NCBI GenBank assembly: GCA_049688735.1
Contig: JBAVLE010000402.1
Coordinates: 1 to 58,093, forward strand
Direction of reading: 5' to 3'
DNA: 58,093 nt
Source of the DNA: Candidatus Angelobacter sp.
GTDB taxonomy: Bacteria; Acidobacteriota; Terriglobia; Terriglobales; Acidobacteriaceae
This document shows, piece after piece, positions 55,611-58,093 of the stretch. How positions within the stretch are numbered: position 1 is the stretch's first letter; every line of letters starts with the position of its first letter. The translations under genes and the position numbers were made by a program. The notes beneath the pieces were generated by a model. The model was given only the letters and a program-made list of their open reading frames with translations. It ran no database searches and was not told the DNA's origin.

Positions 55611-57041
55611 ATGAGTACCCGAAAAGTAGTTGAGCTGCCGCGCCGGACCGTCTCCAGCGTAAGCCCGCTGACCGGTGAATTGCTTCGGGAATTCGAGCAG
55701 CACTCAGACGATGCGGTCGAAAAAAAGATTGCGCTTGCCGCCGCAACGTTCCGAGAGTATCGCAAAATTTCATTTGCCCAGCGCGCAACGATGATGCTCC
55801 GCGCCGCGGAAATCCTGGAAAAAGAAAAAGCCAGTTTTGGGCGAATGATGACCCAGGAGATGGGCAAGACATTGAAATCTGCTGTACAGGAAGCTGAAAA
55901 ATCTGCTTTCGGCTGCCGCTACTACGCCGAAAATGCGGAACGCTTTATGGCCGATGAAGATGCCAAGACTAATGCCTCCCGTAGCTTTGTGCGTTACCAG
56001 CCGCTTGGCCCTGTGCTGGCGGTAATGCCGTGGAATTTCCCGTTCTGGCAGGTATTTCGCTTTGCCGCGCCAGCGCTTATGGCGGGCAACGTCGGATTGT
56101 TGAAGCATGCTTCCAACGTGCCACAGTGCGCGCTTGCCATTGAAGATATTCTCCGTCGCGCGGGCTTTCCTGAAGGAGCTTTTCAGACGTTGCTCATTGG
56201 CTCGGACCGTGTGAACGCTGTAATAGCCGACCGCCGCATTGCCGCCGTTACTCTTACGGGCAGTGTTGGCGCGGGCAGCAGCGTAGCGACGGCTGCGGGT
56301 AAAGAGATCAAGAAATGCGTGTTGGAGCTTGGCGGCAGCGATCCGTTCATCGTGATGCCCAGCGCGGATCTTGATAAAGCCGTGGAGACCGCTGTGCAAG
56401 CCAGGGTGATCAACAACGGCCAATCTTGTATCGCCGCGAAGCGGTTTATTGTTCACCAGCAAATTGCGGAGCAATTTGAAAAGAGATTTGTGACGCGCAT
56501 GGCATCACTCAAAGTTGGCGATCCCATGAATGCAGGCACCGATGTTGGCCCACTAGCGACCGAGGACGTACTGAAGGGGCTGGAAGCGCAGGTGGAAAAA
56601 ACAATTGAGATGGGCGCGCGCGTCCTGCTTGGAGGAAAGCGCCTGGATCGCAAAGGAAATTTCTACGCTCCAACGGTGCTCACGGATATTCCCAAAGGCT
56701 CACCAGCTTACGAAGACGAGCTCTTTGGTCCCGTGGCTTCCCTATATCGTGCAAACGATATGAGTGAGGCGATTCACATTGCCAATGATTCTATCTTTGG
56801 CTTGGGCGCGTGCGCCTGGACGAACGACCCTGAGGAGCGCGACCTGTTCATCAATGAGATTGAGTCAGGCCTGGCGTTTATCAACGGAATGGTAGCATCC
56901 GATCCGCGCATTCCTTTCGGCGGCGTTAAGCATTCGGGCTATGGACGCGAACTGAGTTATCACGGTATCCGCGAATTTGTAAACGTCAAGTCGGTTTCCA
57001 TTCAGGAAGCGGGCACGGATGGGAAGAGCCGCACGGAATAG
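55611..57041 (+). CDS. NAD(P)-dependent succinate-semialdehyde dehydrogenase-like aldehyde dehydrogenase
   Basis: MPWNFPFWQV, ELGGSDP, GQSCIAAKR. Size and N-terminus fit the SSADH-type ALDH subgroup. Confidence 0.82.
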   Translation: MSTRKVVELPRRTVSSVSPLTGELLREFEQHSDDAVEKKIALAAATFREYRKISFAQRATMMLRAAEILEKEKASFGRMMTQEMGKTLKSAVQEAEKSAFGCRYYAENAERFMADEDAKTNASRSFVRYQPLGPVLAVMPWNFPFWQVFRFAAPALMAGNVGLLKHASNVPQCALAIEDILRRAGFPEGAFQTLLIGSDRVNAVIADRRIAAVTLTGSVGAGSSVATAAGKEIKKCVLELGGSDPFIVMPSADLDKAVETAVQARVINNGQSCIAAKRFIVHQQIAEQFEKRFVTRMASLKVGDPMNAGTDVGPLATEDVLKGLEAQVEKTIEMGARVLLGGKRLDRKGNFYAPTVLTDIPKGSPAYEDELFGPVASLYRANDMSEAIHIANDSIFGLGACAWTNDPEERDLFINEIESGLAFINGMVASDPRIPFGGVKHSGYGRELSYHGIREFVNVKSVSIQEAGTDGKSRTE

Positions 57042-57059
57042 AGCTGGGCTGTTGCGCGT

Positions 57060-58093
57060 TTAGTGAATGACTCTCAAGAGCTGCCTGTGGTTCGCAATTT
57101 GCGTCACCACAGGCTCCAGCCGGTCAAATGCTTCCTGCAGGATACGCCGCGAAGTAGCAAAGCATATGCGGAGATGTCCGCTGGCGCCGGGGCCAAACCA
57201 TCGCGGAGCGCCGGGCACAAGGGCAACGCGGGCTTGCTCGCGCAGCTGCTGGCACAGCATTTCGGAATCATCGCTGAGGCTTCGTACATCAGGAAATATT
57301 ACGTATGTCCCTTGCGGGGGCTCCACGGTCACACCCGGCCACGTTGCCAGACGGCTGACAACGTAGTCGCGCTGGGCCTGCAGATGGTGGACAAATTGGG
57401 CGAGCCACTCGCGACCGTCATCGAGCGCGGCGATCACCGCGACCTGTGACAGCACTGAAACACCGTAGACGGTGCTCTCAGCGTCTGAGGCGGCGACAAT
57501 TTCTTTTCTCCACTCCAGGTCGGGGCAGATCAAACACCCTACCCGGAGGCCGGCCAATGCAAAGTTCTTGGAGAAGCCGTAAACCGTCACGGTGTTGCGG
57601 GCAATCTCCCGGGAGATCGATGCCAGACTGACATGCCGGTGCGGCGTATAAACAATGTCAGACCAGATCTCGTCAGAAACAATCCGCAACCGGTGAGAGA
57701 TGGCCCATTCGGCAACGCGCTTCTGCCAATCGCGCGAATACACCACGCCTAGCGGATTGTGAGGATTGCAAAGCCAGAGCATGCGCGTACGGCTGGTCAG
57801 GCGCGATTCCATGCCGCGGATGAATTCCTCCGCGCTGGTCCCGGGCTCAACTTTTACGCGGACAGGTATGGCTCCTGCGCGCTGCACGGTGTGGTGCAGC
57901 AGAAAATCCACCGGATCGGGAATAAGAACTTCATCGCCGGGCGCAAGGCTGGCGCGCGCCACGACTGCCATGCCGGATGCGGCGCTGTCCGTCGCGAATA
58001 CCTCTTCAGGAGTGCAAGGCATGTCTCGCGTTTCCTGCATCCAGCGCGCAACGGATTCCCGAAACTGCGGCAGTCCCTCAGGCGGCCCATAGC
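57060..58093 (-). CDS. PLP-dependent aminotransferase class I/II (MalY/PatB-like), partial (N-terminus beyond window end)
   Basis: YGFSKNFALAGLRVG (PLP-Lys context). The frame stays open upstream of the track Met (YGPPEGLPQFRESVARW encoded at 58041-58091). Confidence 0.8.
   Translation of the reverse strand, partial: YGPPEGLPQFRESVARWMQETRDMPCTPEEVFATDSAASGMAVVARASLAPGDEVLIPDPVDFLLHHTVQRAGAIPVRVKVEPGTSAEEFIRGMESRLTSRTRMLWLCNPHNPLGVVYSRDWQKRVAEWAISHRLRIVSDEIWSDIVYTPHRHVSLASISREIARNTVTVYGFSKNFALAGLRVGCLICPDLEWRKEIVAASDAESTVYGVSVLSQVAVIAALDDGREWLAQFVHHLQAQRDYVVSRLATWPGVTVEPPQGTYVIFPDVRSLSDDSEMLCQQLREQARVALVPGAPRWFGPGASGHLRICFATSRRILQEAFDRLEPVVTQIANHRQLLRVIH

Noticed and set aside
55770-56474. 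234-aa minus-strand ORF inside the SSADH-like gene.
   Set aside because: It is antisense to an ALDH frame with catalytic motifs.

Overview
This is a 58-kb chromosomal segment from a moderately GC-rich bacterium. Gene content and the intergenic repeats resemble Acidobacteriota, but that is inference only. I saw no rRNA, tRNA or CRISPR array.

Contents from left to right:
- 1-7.9 kb: a partial secreted TldD/PmbA peptidase, a GxxExxY (PD-(D/E)XK) gene bracketed by inverted repeats, the glycine-cleavage operon gcvT-gcvH-gcvPA-gcvPB, an endonuclease-III-like gene and small ORFs.
- 8-23.4 kb, almost all minus strand: an aromatic acyl-CoA island. It holds a TetR regulator, crotonase, aldehyde dehydrogenase, PaaI-type thioesterase and BoxB-like diiron oxygenase. 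These are followed by split glutaconate-type CoA-transferase subunits, a second crotonase, a three-subunit molybdo-flavoenzyme in hcrCAB order and an amidohydrolase.
- 23.5-31.4 kb: assorted small, secreted or regulatory genes. These include a SnoaL-like protein, a DUF4382 lipoprotein, an RRM protein, a bacterioferritin-like protein, an IS200/RAYT remnant, an orphan response regulator and rpsT.
- 31.7-35.6 kb: phoH-ybeY-corC-era.
- 36-43.6 kb: a translationally coupled RND-RND-MFP efflux operon.
- 43.6-44.3 kb: an AT-rich 0.7-kb island.
- 44.3-52.4 kb: a chemosensory cluster, cheY-GAF-cheD-cheA-mcp-cheW-cheY-cheR-cheB.
- 52.7-58.1 kb: DUF305 plus a beta-propeller protein, an SSADH-like dehydrogenase and a partial aminotransferase.

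Most notable observations:
1. An HcrCAB-type enzyme whose FAD subunit carries an HcrB-like four-Cys insertion sits alongside a BoxB-type oxygenase module. No BoxA or full-length BoxC is visible.
2. Several modular intergenic repeat families lie in fixed positions relative to stop and start codons, nearly all in the first 22 kb.

All functional calls come from motif recognition by eye. No database search was run.
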